NCBI GenBank assembly: GCA_000634415.1
Contig: JFNH01000096.1
Location: 47,682-111,681, forward strand
From: Prochlorococcus sp. scB245a_519A13
GTDB lineage: Bacteria; Cyanobacteriota; Cyanobacteriia; PCC-6307; Cyanobiaceae
Direction of reading: 5' to 3'
DNA: 64,000 bases
The notes beneath the pieces were generated by a model. The model saw only the letters and a program-made list of their open reading frames with translations. It had not been told where the DNA came from and ran no database searches. How positions within the stretch are numbered: position 1 is the stretch's first letter; each line of letters starts with the position of its first letter. The translations under genes and the position numbers were made by a program. Shown piece after piece: positions 22,822-33,664 of this stretch.

Positions 22822-23793
22822 ATGAATACAGTAACAGAGCTACTACAACCAGTTGAAAATGATCTTGATGATCTTATTTTAGAACTGAAAAATCTAATAG
22901 GAGCTGGTCACCCAATTCTTCAAGCCGCAGCTGAACACCTTTTTAGTGCTGGGGGTAAAAGGTTGAGACCTGGGATAGTTTTATTGATTTCAAAAGCTAT
23001 ATCTCCTGAATTTTGCTTGACAACCAAACATAAAAGGCTTGCTGAAATAACTGAGATGATTCATACAGCCTCATTAGTCCATGATGATGTTGTTGATGAG
23101 GCGTCTACAAGAAGAGGAGTAGATACAGTTCACAGCAGATTTAATACCAGAGTAGCTGTTTTGGCAGGTGACTTTTTATTCGCTCAAGCAAGTTGGCACT
23201 TAGCAAATCTTGACAATGTAAATGTAGTTAAATTACTTAGTAGAGTAATAATGGATTTAGCAGAAGGTGAAATCAAACAAAATTTAAATAGATTTGATTC
23301 GGCTCAATCTTTTTCCAAATACATCAACAAAAGTTATTGTAAAACAGCATCATTAATAGCCAATAGTTGCAAAGCAGCTGGAGTTTTGAGTGGAATTAAT
23401 AACGAAAACTTGACCTCCTTGTACGATTTTGGCAAAAATATTGGTTTAGCATTCCAAGTCGTAGATGATATTCTTGACTTTACTGGAAATGATAAACAAC
23501 TTGGAAAACCTGCTGTAAGTGATCTTGCTAGTGGTTATCTTACGGCCCCAGTTTTATATGCCTTAGAAGAAAATAAACAATTGTCAGTTCTTATAAACAG
23601 AGAACTTGCTGAAAAAGATGATTTAGATGATGCTCTTAATATCATCATGAACTCTAAAGCTATTGAAAGTTCCAGGAAACTAGCTGAGGATTTTGCAATG
23701 CTTTCTAAAGAAGCTATAGTTTGGCTTCCTGATTCCGAATACAAAAGAGCTTTAATGGCTCTTCCAGAATTTGTTCTAAGTCGTATTTATTAG
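22822..23793 (+). CDS. sds: Solanesyl diphosphate synthase (trans-prenyltransferase)
   Basis: GGKRLRP, HDDVVD...RRG, GDFLF, KTA and FQVVDDILD motifs. Confidence 0.92.
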   Translation: MNTVTELLQPVENDLDDLILELKNLIGAGHPILQAAAEHLFSAGGKRLRPGIVLLISKAISPEFCLTTKHKRLAEITEMIHTASLVHDDVVDEASTRRGVDTVHSRFNTRVAVLAGDFLFAQASWHLANLDNVNVVKLLSRVIMDLAEGEIKQNLNRFDSAQSFSKYINKSYCKTASLIANSCKAAGVLSGINNENLTSLYDFGKNIGLAFQVVDDILDFTGNDKQLGKPAVSDLASGYLTAPVLYALEENKQLSVLINRELAEKDDLDDALNIIMNSKAIESSRKLAEDFAMLSKEAIVWLPDSEYKRALMALPEFVLSRIY

Positions 23794-23892
23794 ATCTATT
23801 AGAAATAAATCTTTGAGCTAAATTAATATTAAAATTTTTGAAAACCTTAATTTTTTCGACTAAATTTATTAAGCATAGATTTATTTTATTTA

Positions 23893-25875
23893 ATGTCATT
23901 AGATAAAAAAAATTCAATCAATAACATACTTGAAGAAAAGAGAATTTTCCCTCCATCAAAAAAATTTGCAGAAAACTCAAATATTAGTACTCAAGAAGAA
24001 TTACTAAGTCTAAAAAAACAAGCATCAAATAATCCTATTCAATTTTGGGAATCTTTTGCAAAATCTGAATTAGATTGGTTTGAGCCATTTCACACTGTAC
24101 TAGATAATGAAAATGCGCCCTTTTTTAAATGGTTCAAAGAAGGGAAACTCAATATTACGTATAATTGCTTAGATAGACATATTAAGAGAGGGCTTGGAGG
24201 TAAGACTGCACTTATATGGGAAGGCGAACCCGGAGATAGCAAAAAATATACTTACGACGAACTTCTAAAAGAGGTATGTAAAGCAGCTAATGCATTAAAA
24301 ACAATTGGTGTAAAAAAAGGAGATTTGGTATGTATTTATATGCCGATGATTCCTGAAGCAATGTTTGCGATGTTAGCTTGTGCAAGAATTGGCGCACCTC
24401 ATTCAGTTGTCTTTGGAGGATTTTCTTCAGAAGCTTTAAAAGATAGGATAATTGATGGAAACGCCAGATTTGTTATTACTGCTGATGGTGGCTTTAGAAA
24501 AGATAAGGTGATTGAACTTAAGAAAGCAGTTGATGCGGCCATTGAAAGTGGGGCAGATAAAGTTGTAGAAAAAGTAATTGTTGTTCAACGATCCCAAAAA
24601 AATATTGCGATGGTCGATAATAGAGATTTCTGGTGGCACGAATTAGTAAAAGATCAAAAAGATCATTGTGAACCAGAAATAATGAATAGCGAAGATAGAC
24701 TTTTTATCCTTTATACTTCAGGCTCTACTGGAAAACCCAAAGGTGTAGTTCACACTACAGGTGGTTACAACCTTTGGTCCCATTTGACATTTAAATGGAT
24801 TTTTGACTTAAAAGATGACGATATTTATTGGTGTACTGCTGATGTTGGTTGGATTACAGGTCATAGTTACATAGTTTATGGGCCTTTATCTAATGGTGCT
24901 ACAACCTTAATGTATGAGGGAGTGCCAAGACCCTCAAATTTAGGAGCTTTTTGGGAAATTGTTCAAAAATATAAGGTTTCTATTTTTTATACTGCACCAA
25001 CTGCAATAAGAGCATTTATGAAGTCTGGCCGTGAAATACCTGATAAATATAATTTGGAGAGTCTTAGACTTTTGGGCACAGTTGGAGAACCAATTAATCC
25101 TGAAGCATGGATGTGGTACAAGGATGTTATTGGTAAAGATAAATGCCCTATTGTTGATACTTGGTGGCAAACTGAGACTGGTGGTGTGATGATAAGCCCC
25201 TTGCCTGGAGTCGTTGCTACAAAGCCAGGTTCAGCTACTTTTCCTCTGCCAGGAATCGAAGTTGAAATTGTCGATAAGAATGGAGATAAGGTTAATGAGA
25301 ACGAAGGCGGCTATTTAATTATTAAGAAACCTTGGCCAGGAATGATGAGAACAATCCACGGAAACTCAGAGAGATATTTGGAGAGTTATTGGGAATATAT
25401 TTCCTTTAAAGGAGAAAAAAATGTTTATTTTGCTGGAGATGGAGCACGCATTGATGAAGATGGATATATATGGATTATGGGAAGAGTTGATGATGTCATA
25501 AGTGTTTCAGGACATCGGTTAGGAACAATGGAAATAGAATCTGCTTTGGTAAGTCATAAATCAGTTGCAGAGTCTGCCGTTGTTGGCAAAAAAGATGATT
25601 TAAAGGGTGAAGTTATAGTTGCTTTTGTATCTCTAGAGAAAGACGTGAAAGGTTCTTCAGAATTAGTAGAGAATCTAAAGAAACATGTTGTTAATGAAAT
25701 TGGAATTATCGCAAAGCCTGAAAAAATTATAATTTCCGACTCTCTTCCGAAGACACGTAGTGGAAAAATTATGAGGAGAATTTTGAGATCTTTGGCTGCT
25801 GGAGAAAAAATTAGTGGGGATATAAGCACTCTCGAAGATAGTTCTGTTTTGGAAAAATTGAAAGAATTATCCTAA
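23893..25875 (+). CDS. acs: Acetate--CoA ligase
   Basis: [32 protein letters not shown] and [11 protein letters not shown] motifs. Confidence 0.97.
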   Translation: MSLDKKNSINNILEEKRIFPPSKKFAENSNISTQEELLSLKKQASNNPIQFWESFAKSELDWFEPFHTVLDNENAPFFKWFKEGKLNITYNCLDRHIKRGLGGKTALIWEGEPGDSKKYTYDELLKEVCKAANALKTIGVKKGDLVCIYMPMIPEAMFAMLACARIGAPHSVVFGGFSSEALKDRIIDGNARFVITADGGFRKDKVIELKKAVDAAIESGADKVVEKVIVVQRSQKNIAMVDNRDFWWHELVKDQKDHCEPEIMNSEDRLFILYTSGSTGKPKGVVHTTGGYNLWSHLTFKWIFDLKDDDIYWCTADVGWITGHSYIVYGPLSNGATTLMYEGVPRPSNLGAFWEIVQKYKVSIFYTAPTAIRAFMKSGREIPDKYNLESLRLLGTVGEPINPEAWMWYKDVIGKDKCPIVDTWWQTETGGVMISPLPGVVATKPGSATFPLPGIEVEIVDKNGDKVNENEGGYLIIKKPWPGMMRTIHGNSERYLESYWEYISFKGEKNVYFAGDGARIDEDGYIWIMGRVDDVISVSGHRLGTMEIESALVSHKSVAESAVVGKKDDLKGEVIVAFVSLEKDVKGSSELVENLKKHVVNEIGIIAKPEKIIISDSLPKTRSGKIMRRILRSLAAGEKISGDISTLEDSSVLEKLKELS

Positions 25876-26595
25876 TTAAGATTCATCAATTAAGTTAGAA
25901 ATTTTTTTTATAGTATTTCTTTTGAATTCATCATCGGCCCAGTCTCCTAAAAAATTTTCTCTTAGTCCTGCGCTTGCAATTATTGTATGTGTACCTTTTA
26001 GCATTATCCCCTTAGAATTATCTTCTTTTCTTGCTTTCAGACAAGAAAATAATTTATCTGTTTGATCTAATTCGTCTGAGTTGAATTTTATTAGGAAGTT
26101 ATTTTTTTGACTATATGTTTTTTCAATTAATCGCAAAGTTCTTTCGGGACTTGGGCTAAATTCACTGTTGAATTCTAATTTTTGGGAAATTTGTTTCAAT
26201 AATGGAATTGATTTGTTAGCACTAAAATTATTAAAACTAATAGATATGAATTTTTCGCAATTTCTTCCGCCATCAGGAGAAATTAAATGAAGTTTACAGC
26301 CTAGGCTATGACCAATTCTTATTGTTGGAATTGATGCCCCTATTCTTTTGGATAAAGAAATTCGGCAATTCTTAAAATCTTTCCATGCTTTGATAGCAAG
26401 ATGTTGGTGATCAAATTGTGGTGTGTATTTATATGCATGTACTGCATAATTTTTATAAATTAAACTCTCTATGAATCTTCTATAAGTTAAATCTGGCTTA
26501 GAAGCTAAATAACTTCCACCAATAAATTCAACAATTTTTTTTGGATTTGAGGGCCAATAACAGAAATTGTTAAATTGAAATTTTGAAAAAGTCAT
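25876..26595 (-). CDS. DUF1350-family alpha/beta-hydrolase-fold protein
   Basis: FIGGSY oxyanion-like motif, GHSLG nucleophile elbow and C-terminal GTH. Confidence 0.78.
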   Translation of the reverse strand: MTFSKFQFNNFCYWPSNPKKIVEFIGGSYLASKPDLTYRRFIESLIYKNYAVHAYKYTPQFDHQHLAIKAWKDFKNCRISLSKRIGASIPTIRIGHSLGCKLHLISPDGGRNCEKFISISFNNFSANKSIPLLKQISQKLEFNSEFSPSPERTLRLIEKTYSQKNNFLIKFNSDELDQTDKLFSCLKARKEDNSKGIMLKGTHTIIASAGLRENFLGDWADDEFKRNTIKKISNLIDES

Positions 26596-26711
26596 CTTTC
26601 TTAAACTAAAAATGTTTCAAAAAATATTTTCTTGTCTGTTTTTTAATTTATATTAATTTAAAAGAAATATTTATTAAATGCGTCAAGATAAATGAAAGTA
26701 TTTTGAGTTAA

Positions 26712-27491
26712 TTGGAACTATTTAACAAAAAAGAATTAAATCAATTGGATTTTCTTCATAATCAAATTAACACCAATCCCTCTGAAGAGAGAGTAACGAA
26801 TAAAAATAAAAAAATTGAAAAAATTTTAATTCTTGATACTGAAACAACAGGTTTAGACGAAAATAAAGATGAAGTGATAGAAATAGGTTGTATTTTATTT
26901 GATGTATCTTTTAAATGTGTACTTTCACAAGTTTCTTTTTTATTTCCAGTTAATAATAATGAGGCCGAACATGTAAATGGTATATCTGCAGAAGTAACTA
27001 ATATCTCTCAACCATGGGAAGATGGATTGAATTTCTTTCTAAAACTTGTTGATTCTTCAGATTTCATCGTCGCTCATAATGTGGAGTTTGATAAGAAATG
27101 GTTTGGGAAAGGAAGATTGCCTAAGCTTAATAAGAAATGGATATGTAGTTTAGAGGATATTAATTGGTCTTTTCAAAAATCACTAAAAACAAGACCTTCA
27201 GTAACTGATCTAGCCTTATCTTTTGCAATACCAGTTTGGAATTTACATAGAGCTTTATCTGATTGCTTTTACATATCTGAGGTCTTCAAAAAATGCGACA
27301 ACTTAGAGGAACTTTTACTTAAAGCTACTGAACCGAGGTTTTTATACAAGGCTTTGGTTAGTTATGAAGATAGGTCTTTAGCTAAAAATGCTGGGTTTAG
27401 ATGGAATAGTCCTGTACAAGGAGCTTGGTCAAGAAAATTAACTACTGATGAGGCAAAAAATCTTGATTTTAGAGTTGAGATCTTGAATTAA
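26712..27491 (+). CDS. DEDDh 3'-5' exonuclease (DnaQ-like)
   Basis: ExoI LDTETTG, ExoII AHNVEFD and ExoIII HRALSD. Confidence 0.92.
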   Translation: MELFNKKELNQLDFLHNQINTNPSEERVTNKNKKIEKILILDTETTGLDENKDEVIEIGCILFDVSFKCVLSQVSFLFPVNNNEAEHVNGISAEVTNISQPWEDGLNFFLKLVDSSDFIVAHNVEFDKKWFGKGRLPKLNKKWICSLEDINWSFQKSLKTRPSVTDLALSFAIPVWNLHRALSDCFYISEVFKKCDNLEELLLKATEPRFLYKALVSYEDRSLAKNAGFRWNSPVQGAWSRKLTTDEAKNLDFRVEILN

Positions 27492-27521
27492 TATTTATTT
27501 AATTTTTGACTAAGAAAATAT

Positions 27522-27932
27522 TTAGTGCATCCTACAAGGCATCCATTTACTACCCATTTTATGTGCTCCAATACATCCGTATTTTGAAGCAGCCTTTTCA
27601 GCCTCTTGTTTAGTGTTAAATAGATCTGACATCATATTTCCCTTTTTTGAATTTGAAATTTGTTTGGAATGATTATGAGAATTAGGTGAATACTCCCATA
27701 TCCCCATAGTAGTAACACCGGCAGAGATAATTCCCATCCCGACTACTGATAAATTAACTATTCCCATCGCAACTGCACCAAAAGAAAATACACCCATTGG
27801 GACTACCCCTATACTTATTACTCCCATTGGCACTATTCCTATTGAAACTATACCAAGAGGTGCTATTCCAAAAGCAATTTTTTTGGGTTTTGTACCGCAA
27901 TGTTGATTCTCTTTACTTTTATTAATTCCCAA
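27522..27932 (-). CDS. Glycine pentad-repeat protein with C-terminal DUF3721-like domain
   Basis: GIAPL-GIVSI-GIVPM-GVISI-GVVPM-GVFSF-GAVAM repeats followed by FNTKQEAEKAA...GCIGAHKMG...WMPC. Confidence 0.7.
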   Translation of the reverse strand: MGINKSKENQHCGTKPKKIAFGIAPLGIVSIGIVPMGVISIGVVPMGVFSFGAVAMGIVNLSVVGMGIISAGVTTMGIWEYSPNSHNHSKQISNSKKGNMMSDLFNTKQEAEKAASKYGCIGAHKMGSKWMPCRMH

Positions 27933-28030
27933 TAGTTTTTCTAAATGTTAAATTAAAATTGTCTCACAAAATAACCAATCAAAGATTAATTTCTAGATGA
28001 ATTAAAAATTTTGAATTATTTTTTAGAACT

Positions 28031-29311
28031 TTGAATAACTTAAAAAACCTAAGAGGAACAGTAGACCTCTTTCCTGAACAATTAATAAAGTGGCAAAACG
28101 TTGAAAAAATTTTATTAGAACAGCTTTCTAGAGCATCCATCAAAGAAATAAGAACACCAATATTGGAAATGACTGAATTATTTATAAGAGGAATTGGTGA
28201 AGGAACAGATGTTGTCAGTAAGGAAATGTATACATTTCTTGATAGGGGGGAGAGATCCTGCACTCTTAGGCCTGAAGGAACAGCCTCAGTCGCACGAGCG
28301 TTAATACAAAATGGAATATCGTCTAATCCTCTTCAAAAACTTTGGTACATGGGTCCTATGTTTAGATACGAAAGACCTCAAGCAGGCAGGCAAAGACAGT
28401 TTCATCAATTAGGTGTTGAGTTTATAGGATATGATTCAGTTAGAAGTGATGTTGAAATTATTGCTTTAGCTTGGGATATCTTAGGTAAATTAGGAATAAA
28501 AGAACTCAATCTTGAAATAAATACGTTAGGTGATACTAATGACAGATCAAATTTTCAAAAATCTTTTTTAAAATGGTTAAAAACAAATAAAGATTCTCTA
28601 GATTTAGATTCTCAGAATAGGATTTCTAAAAACCCTTTGAGGATTTTGGACTCAAAGAATATTCAAACTAAAAAAGTTCTTGAAAATGCACCAAGATTAT
28701 TTGATTTTTTATCTGAAAAAAGTCATAACAGATATTTAGGCTTAAAAAGACAATTAGAGGTTTTAAAAATACCTTATGTAGAAAATTTTAATCTTGTAAG
28801 AGGTTTAGATTACTACACTCATACAGCTTTTGAAATTACTAGTGGGGCTCTGGGCTCCCAAGCTACAGTTTGCGGAGGAGGGAGATACAACGATTTAATA
28901 AAACAAATGGGAGGGCCAAACACACCTGCAATTGGCTTCGCTATTGGTTTAGAAAGATTAATTTTACTCGCAGGAAAAGATCTTGAAATTCCAAGAAATA
29001 CTGATATCTATATCATTAATCAAGGCTTAATTGCTGAATCATTAGCAATAGATTTATCTAGAAAATTAAGAAATTACGATTTGTTAGTTGAGTTAGATTT
29101 AAGCGGAGCCTCATTCTCTAAGCAATTTAAAAAGGCAAATAAACTTAAATCTAAAAGTATTATTGTTATTGGTGATAATGAGGCAGTTAATGGGCAATTT
29201 ATTATAAGGCTCTTTGAGCAATCAGTTAATGGGAATGAAGAGGAGGTTATATCTTTTGAGAATGATATTAAATTAGAAAATTGGATAAACAATAACTTAC
29301 TTGTAAAGTGA
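28031..29311 (+). CDS. hisS: Histidine--tRNA ligase
   Basis: [35 protein letters not shown] and GLERL motifs. Confidence 0.98.
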   Translation: MNNLKNLRGTVDLFPEQLIKWQNVEKILLEQLSRASIKEIRTPILEMTELFIRGIGEGTDVVSKEMYTFLDRGERSCTLRPEGTASVARALIQNGISSNPLQKLWYMGPMFRYERPQAGRQRQFHQLGVEFIGYDSVRSDVEIIALAWDILGKLGIKELNLEINTLGDTNDRSNFQKSFLKWLKTNKDSLDLDSQNRISKNPLRILDSKNIQTKKVLENAPRLFDFLSEKSHNRYLGLKRQLEVLKIPYVENFNLVRGLDYYTHTAFEITSGALGSQATVCGGGRYNDLIKQMGGPNTPAIGFAIGLERLILLAGKDLEIPRNTDIYIINQGLIAESLAIDLSRKLRNYDLLVELDLSGASFSKQFKKANKLKSKSIIVIGDNEAVNGQFIIRLFEQSVNGNEEEVISFENDIKLENWINNNLLVK

Positions 29312-29601
29312 TGTTCTTGAAGATAGTGATAATTTTTATTTTTATCTTTATTTTTTTTTCATTAAGGAATTTTCTGAAAATTAATAAAAAACAAAAAGTT
29401 TTGAAGTCTAAAAAATTAACAACTTTAAATAAAAAGAATCTTAATAACTGGATGAATTTAACTAAAAAAGAAAGATATAACTTATCTAAACAAGATTCTA
29501 TTAACTATATGGATAGAAGAAAACTTTTATTAAAAGAAATTAGAAATGAATATAAAAAAATATCTAGAAAAAATTCTGAGGGGAATATTAAGAAAAAATA
29601 A
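29308..29601 (+). CDS. Hypothetical basic protein with N-terminal membrane anchor
   Basis: 97-aa ORF overlapping the hisS stop; hydrophobic N-terminus and Lys-rich remainder. Confidence 0.55.
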   Translation: MMFLKIVIIFIFIFIFFSLRNFLKINKKQKVLKSKKLTTLNKKNLNNWMNLTKKERYNLSKQDSINYMDRRKLLLKEIRNEYKKISRKNSEGNIKKK

Positions 29602-29604
29602 TTT

Positions 29605-29904
29605 ATGGAAAATTACTGGACTTCTAATAAAACCATAAATGGATTGAGACATTTTGTTTTAGTAAATGAGACTAAAGAAAAAGGAAATATTAGTTTTTTA
29701 ATGGTTTCTGTCCTTGATTCTGAAATTAACTTAAGAACTACATATGAAGAATTAATAAATAGTGGAAATTGGCACAAGGGTTGGATCAATCTTTCAAAGC
29801 ATCAATCAATAACAGAAGAATATTTTAATTTTAAATTCATCAATAAAGGAGAGGGTATCGATGAGATATTTATTAATGAAGACTCTTTGTTTAATATTTC
29901 TTAA
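29605..29904 (+). CDS. TIGR02450-like Trp-rich protein
   Basis: YWTS...GLRHFVL...EL...WHKGW pattern. Confidence 0.7.
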   Translation: MENYWTSNKTINGLRHFVLVNETKEKGNISFLMVSVLDSEINLRTTYEELINSGNWHKGWINLSKHQSITEEYFNFKFINKGEGIDEIFINEDSLFNIS

Positions 29905-30044
29905 TTTAATATAAATCTTTCAAATCTCACTCTCACATCGTAAATACGAGGTTTTTTTGTTATTTAATAATTATTTAAAATTTTTACCCCTTTCAAAAAA
30001 ATAAAATTAACGTTATCAAGGATTAATAATATTTACTTAATTCA

Positions 30045-30278
30045 ATGTTAGGGGATATGTGGAGCTCATCTGAGTTAGCCGCGGAAAAATTAGGAATAAC
30101 TGAAATTAAACTTTCTTTTTTACGTGAGAATGGAATACTCAAGCCTGGGATTCATTGGAAAAGCTCTCCACTTGGTCAGAAAAAACCTTGGAAACCTAAA
30201 GCTCTTTACAATATAAAAATGTGCAGACAAATAATTAATAAATTATGTTCTGAAGAAATCTTTAATATCGCAGCATGA
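30045..30278 (+). CDS. Small helix-turn-helix (MerR/excisionase-like) hypothetical protein
   Basis: W-SSELAAEKLGITEIKLSFLRENGILKPGIHW pattern. Confidence 0.6.
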   Translation: MLGDMWSSSELAAEKLGITEIKLSFLRENGILKPGIHWKSSPLGQKKPWKPKALYNIKMCRQIINKLCSEEIFNIAA

Positions 30279-30321
30279 AAAATAAATATATTTTTTTTAT
30301 TTTGAAAAATTTATAAAATCT

Positions 30322-30498
30322 TTATTCTATTAGGTTTTCATCCTTACACTCAATTAGAGTGTTTTGCAAAGTTGGATATAAGCTAATCATATTTATATAT
30401 TGTTTTGATTTTCTGTAAGATTTTGCAGCCTTTTTATAATGAACTTCAGATTTCATTTCTAGTGAAAATTTTCTAGAAGACTCTTGAGAAGTAGTCAT
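30322..30498 (-). CDS. Small hypothetical protein (58 aa)
   Basis: Below the track cutoff. ATG at 30498 to TAA at 30322 gives MTTSQESSRKFSLEMKSEVHYKKAAKSYRKSKQYINMISLYPTLQNTLIECKDENLIE. Confidence 0.5.
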   Translation of the reverse strand: MTTSQESSRKFSLEMKSEVHYKKAAKSYRKSKQYINMISLYPTLQNTLIECKDENLIE

Positions 30499-30827
30499 AA
30501 TATTAGATGTCTTATCTTATATTTAATAAGTGTTTGAGAATGAGGCAATAAATACGATGGTTTAATGAAACAAAACATCGTTTAATGTCAGCAAAATGAA
30601 ATTTATTAAAATTATTTGAATTGGAAAATATTGGATTATTTTATGAAACTTATATCTCTGAGAATAATTTTTCTTCATTAAATCTACCTTCTTTGCTATT
30701 GGATTGCCTTTTGAAGATTTTTGTTTAGCAACTACTAGGATTACTAACCTTTACAATTTTGTTATTAATTCAACTGTTTGGTGAAATATAAAGTATTCTC
30801 AAAACGTTTAAGCTAATCAATTCCTAA

Positions 30828-31886
30828 ATGCAAACCTATGGAAATCCAGATACTACCTATGGATGGTGGGCTGGTAATTCTGGTGTAGCAAATCGCTCAG
30901 GAAAATTCATTGCTGCTCATGTAGCTCATGCAGGATTAATTGTTTTCTGGGCGGGTGCATTCACCCTTTTTGAACTTTCACGATTTGACCCAAGTGTCCC
31001 AATGGGTCATCAACCTCTAATCGTTCTTCCTCATTTAGCAACTCTTGGAATAGGGTTTGATGCTAATGGTGTTGCTATGGGAGATACTAAACCTGTTCTA
31101 GCGATAGCAATAGTTCACTTAGTCTCTTCTATGGTTTTAGCAGCCGGGGGACTTTTACATTCTCTACTTCTTCCTGGAAATCTAGAAGATTCTGATGTAG
31201 CAAGAGCCAGAAAATTCAATATTGAATGGGATAATCCAGACAAATTGACATTTATTCTTGGTCACCATCTAATTATTCTTGGTTTCGCAGTTATTGCTTT
31301 TGTCGAATGGGCAAGAGTGCATGGAATTTATGATCCAGCTATTGGTTCTGTAAGACAGGTTGAGTATGAATTAAATTTGGCCAAAATTTGGAATCACCAG
31401 ACAGACTTTTTGACTATTGATAGTCTTGAAGAAGTAATGGGAGGTCATGCATTCCTTGCTTTCGTTGAGATTACAGGTGGTGCTTGGCATATTGCCACTA
31501 AGCAAGTTGGTGAATATACCAAATTCAAAGGTAAAGGTCTTCTCTCGGCAGAAGCTGTTCTTTCATGGTCATTAGCCGGAATAGGCTGGATGGCTATTAT
31601 TGCAGCCTTCTGGAGTGCAGCTAACACAACAGTTTATCCAACTGAATTCTTTGGTGAACCACTTGAATTGAAATTTAGTATTTCTCCTTATTGGGTAGAT
31701 ACTGTTGATCTTCCTGATGGTGAGTACACTTCAAGGGCGTGGTTAGCTAATGTTCATTACTATTTCGGATTCTTCTTTATTCAAGGTCATCTATGGCACG
31801 CTTTAAGAGCACTAGGCTTTGACTTCAAGAGAGTTACAAATGCTATCAGTAATATTGATAGTGCAACAGTTACTCTTAAAGATTAA
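30828..31886 (+). CDS. pcb: Chlorophyll a/b-binding antenna protein Pcb (CP43/IsiA family)
   Basis: MQTYGN...WWAGN...[21 protein letters not shown] and [10 protein letters not shown]; six transmembrane helices without the large CP43 loop. Confidence 0.97.
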   Translation: MQTYGNPDTTYGWWAGNSGVANRSGKFIAAHVAHAGLIVFWAGAFTLFELSRFDPSVPMGHQPLIVLPHLATLGIGFDANGVAMGDTKPVLAIAIVHLVSSMVLAAGGLLHSLLLPGNLEDSDVARARKFNIEWDNPDKLTFILGHHLIILGFAVIAFVEWARVHGIYDPAIGSVRQVEYELNLAKIWNHQTDFLTIDSLEEVMGGHAFLAFVEITGGAWHIATKQVGEYTKFKGKGLLSAEAVLSWSLAGIGWMAIIAAFWSAANTTVYPTEFFGEPLELKFSISPYWVDTVDLPDGEYTSRAWLANVHYYFGFFFIQGHLWHALRALGFDFKRVTNAISNIDSATVTLKD

Positions 31887-31910
31887 TTCTCAAATTTTCT
31901 TACCTACATC

Positions 31911-31940
31911 AAAAGGCTCCTATTAAAGGGGCCTTTTTTT
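31911..31940 (+). terminator. Rho-independent terminator of pcb
   Basis: AAAAGGCTCCT-attaa-AGGGGCCTTTT hairpin followed by a T7 run, 25 nt after the pcb stop. Confidence 0.9.
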
Positions 31941-31980
31941 ATTTGAAAAATTTTGTTTATTAATTTAGATTTAGAATTAT

Positions 31981-33369
31981 ATGTTTTTGAAATCATTGAA
32001 TATTTTTTCGATACAGAATAAAGATATTTTTTCAAATTCTCTATTGATAAGTTTTTTGGGATTATTAATTATATTTTTTTTGTTGATTTTTGGGAGAAAA
32101 TTTAAACTAGCTGTTCAACTCGAGAGATTTGGATTACCGATAGCTGTTATATCAGGAATTTTAGGAATATCTATAGGACCATTTGGAGCGATACACTTCT
32201 TGCCAAAAGAAACAATCAATGTTTGGAGTAATTTTCCTACTCCTCTTTTATCATTAGTATTCGCAACTTTAATGATGGGAAGACCTATCCCAAATATAAA
32301 TGGTTTAGTTAAACCAATTTTTAATCAATTTCTATTAGCTCTTTCACTAGGGTTTGGACAATTTTTTGTCGGTGGACTTGTTGTTAAATATCTTCTACCT
32401 CCATCTATGGATGCAAACCCTCTAATGGGTTGTTTAATAGAGGTAGGTTTTGAGGGTGGTCATGGAGCTGCATCAATAATCGGTGAAAGTTTTAATAAAC
32501 TAGGTTTCCCAAATGGCTTAGATCTTGGGTTGGCTATGGCAACAATGGGTCTTTTATCCTCTTCAATATTGGGTAGCATATTTATTTTTCTTGGGAGAAC
32601 TTTAGGCCTTTCAGATACTGAGGAAATTCTTGAACAAAAAGATACTCTAAATGGAAAAAATAAGATTGGAATTTTTGCAGATTTAAGAATTTTTATTATA
32701 AATCTTGGATTCTCTGGTTTGGCAATTTCTTTTGGTGTTTTGCTACTTAAATTTTTAAGGTATATTGCGAGTTCTTTTGGTGATTTTTCGAAGGAAATTA
32801 TTTTTTCATTACCAGTATTCCCTTTTATCCTTATAGGTTCCCTCCTTATAAGATATATTTTAGAGAAAACCAAAAATACAGAATTTATTTCAAATATTCT
32901 GCAAAGAGAGATTGGTATTTTATCCACAGATTTATTGATTTTTACAGCTATGGCAAGTTTAGATATTGCAGTTGTTTTTGATAATTGGATACTTATATTA
33001 GTCTTTACTATTTTCGGTTTATTTTGGAATTTGATTTGTATTGCTTATTTTGCATATTTTATTTTTGATGATTATTGGTTTGAAAAAAGTTTGATAGAGT
33101 TCGGTAATTCTACAGGTGTAGTAGCTTCTGGTTTACTTCTTTTAAGGCTTGCAGATCCTAAAAATATTTCTAAGACTTTACCAATTTTTACGTCAAAACA
33201 GCTATTTGCGCAGTTAATTCTTTCTGGGGGACTATTCACAGTTCTTGCACCATTAATGATTTCTAAAATTGGGTTAGATTATTGGACAGAAATTTGTGCC
33301 CTAATTACATTTGCAATTCTTTTTTTTGCATTGATTATTAATAAATTAGAGATGAAAAAGTTTCAATAA
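31981..33369 (+). CDS. gltS: Sodium/glutamate symporter family protein
   Basis: Polytopic membrane protein with GFEGGHGAA, ATMGL and FGNSTG motifs. Confidence 0.85.
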   Translation: MFLKSLNIFSIQNKDIFSNSLLISFLGLLIIFFLLIFGRKFKLAVQLERFGLPIAVISGILGISIGPFGAIHFLPKETINVWSNFPTPLLSLVFATLMMGRPIPNINGLVKPIFNQFLLALSLGFGQFFVGGLVVKYLLPPSMDANPLMGCLIEVGFEGGHGAASIIGESFNKLGFPNGLDLGLAMATMGLLSSSILGSIFIFLGRTLGLSDTEEILEQKDTLNGKNKIGIFADLRIFIINLGFSGLAISFGVLLLKFLRYIASSFGDFSKEIIFSLPVFPFILIGSLLIRYILEKTKNTEFISNILQREIGILSTDLLIFTAMASLDIAVVFDNWILILVFTIFGLFWNLICIAYFAYFIFDDYWFEKSLIEFGNSTGVVASGLLLLRLADPKNISKTLPIFTSKQLFAQLILSGGLFTVLAPLMISKIGLDYWTEICALITFAILFFALIINKLEMKKFQ

Positions 33370-33406
33370 GCACCCTAGAATGGTAAAAAGCCTAAATTTT
33401 ATTTAA

Positions 33407-33664
33407 ATGTCATTTACTCCCTACGATATTCCACCTCAAGAAAATAAAGGGAAGTGGTTTAGGAGTCATTTACTAGGAAGGGAAATCGAACTTGGTGAAT
33501 TGTATAGTCTTGGATCAAATGATTTAGATTTGCTAATGGCGGAGACTGCAGAAATCAGAAGCGATCTTGATTTTAAGGAAAAAAATATAGGAAAATTTAG
33601 AACTGCAGGGTATTTTTTGGAGTTGGCAAGAATAATTGAGAAAAGAAAGTTGTTGGAAAGTTAA
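33407..33664 (+). CDS. Conserved hypothetical protein
   Basis: 85-aa ATG ORF converging on the GST gene; protein-like composition. Confidence 0.7.
   Translation: MSFTPYDIPPQENKGKWFRSHLLGREIELGELYSLGSNDLDLLMAETAEIRSDLDFKEKNIGKFRTAGYFLELARIIEKRKLLES

Noticed and set aside
29938-29958. TCGTA-aa-TACGA hairpin followed by a T run
   Set aside because: The stem is too short and the loop too small to call a terminator confidently.
30659-30679. Fur-box-like TGAGAATAATT upstream of pcb, and a similar half-site before fur (about 39900)
   Set aside because: Only half-sites in very AT-rich DNA, with no convincing inverted repeat.
32920-32928. Perfect DnaA box TTATCCACA
   Set aside because: Single copy inside the gltS coding sequence, expected by chance.
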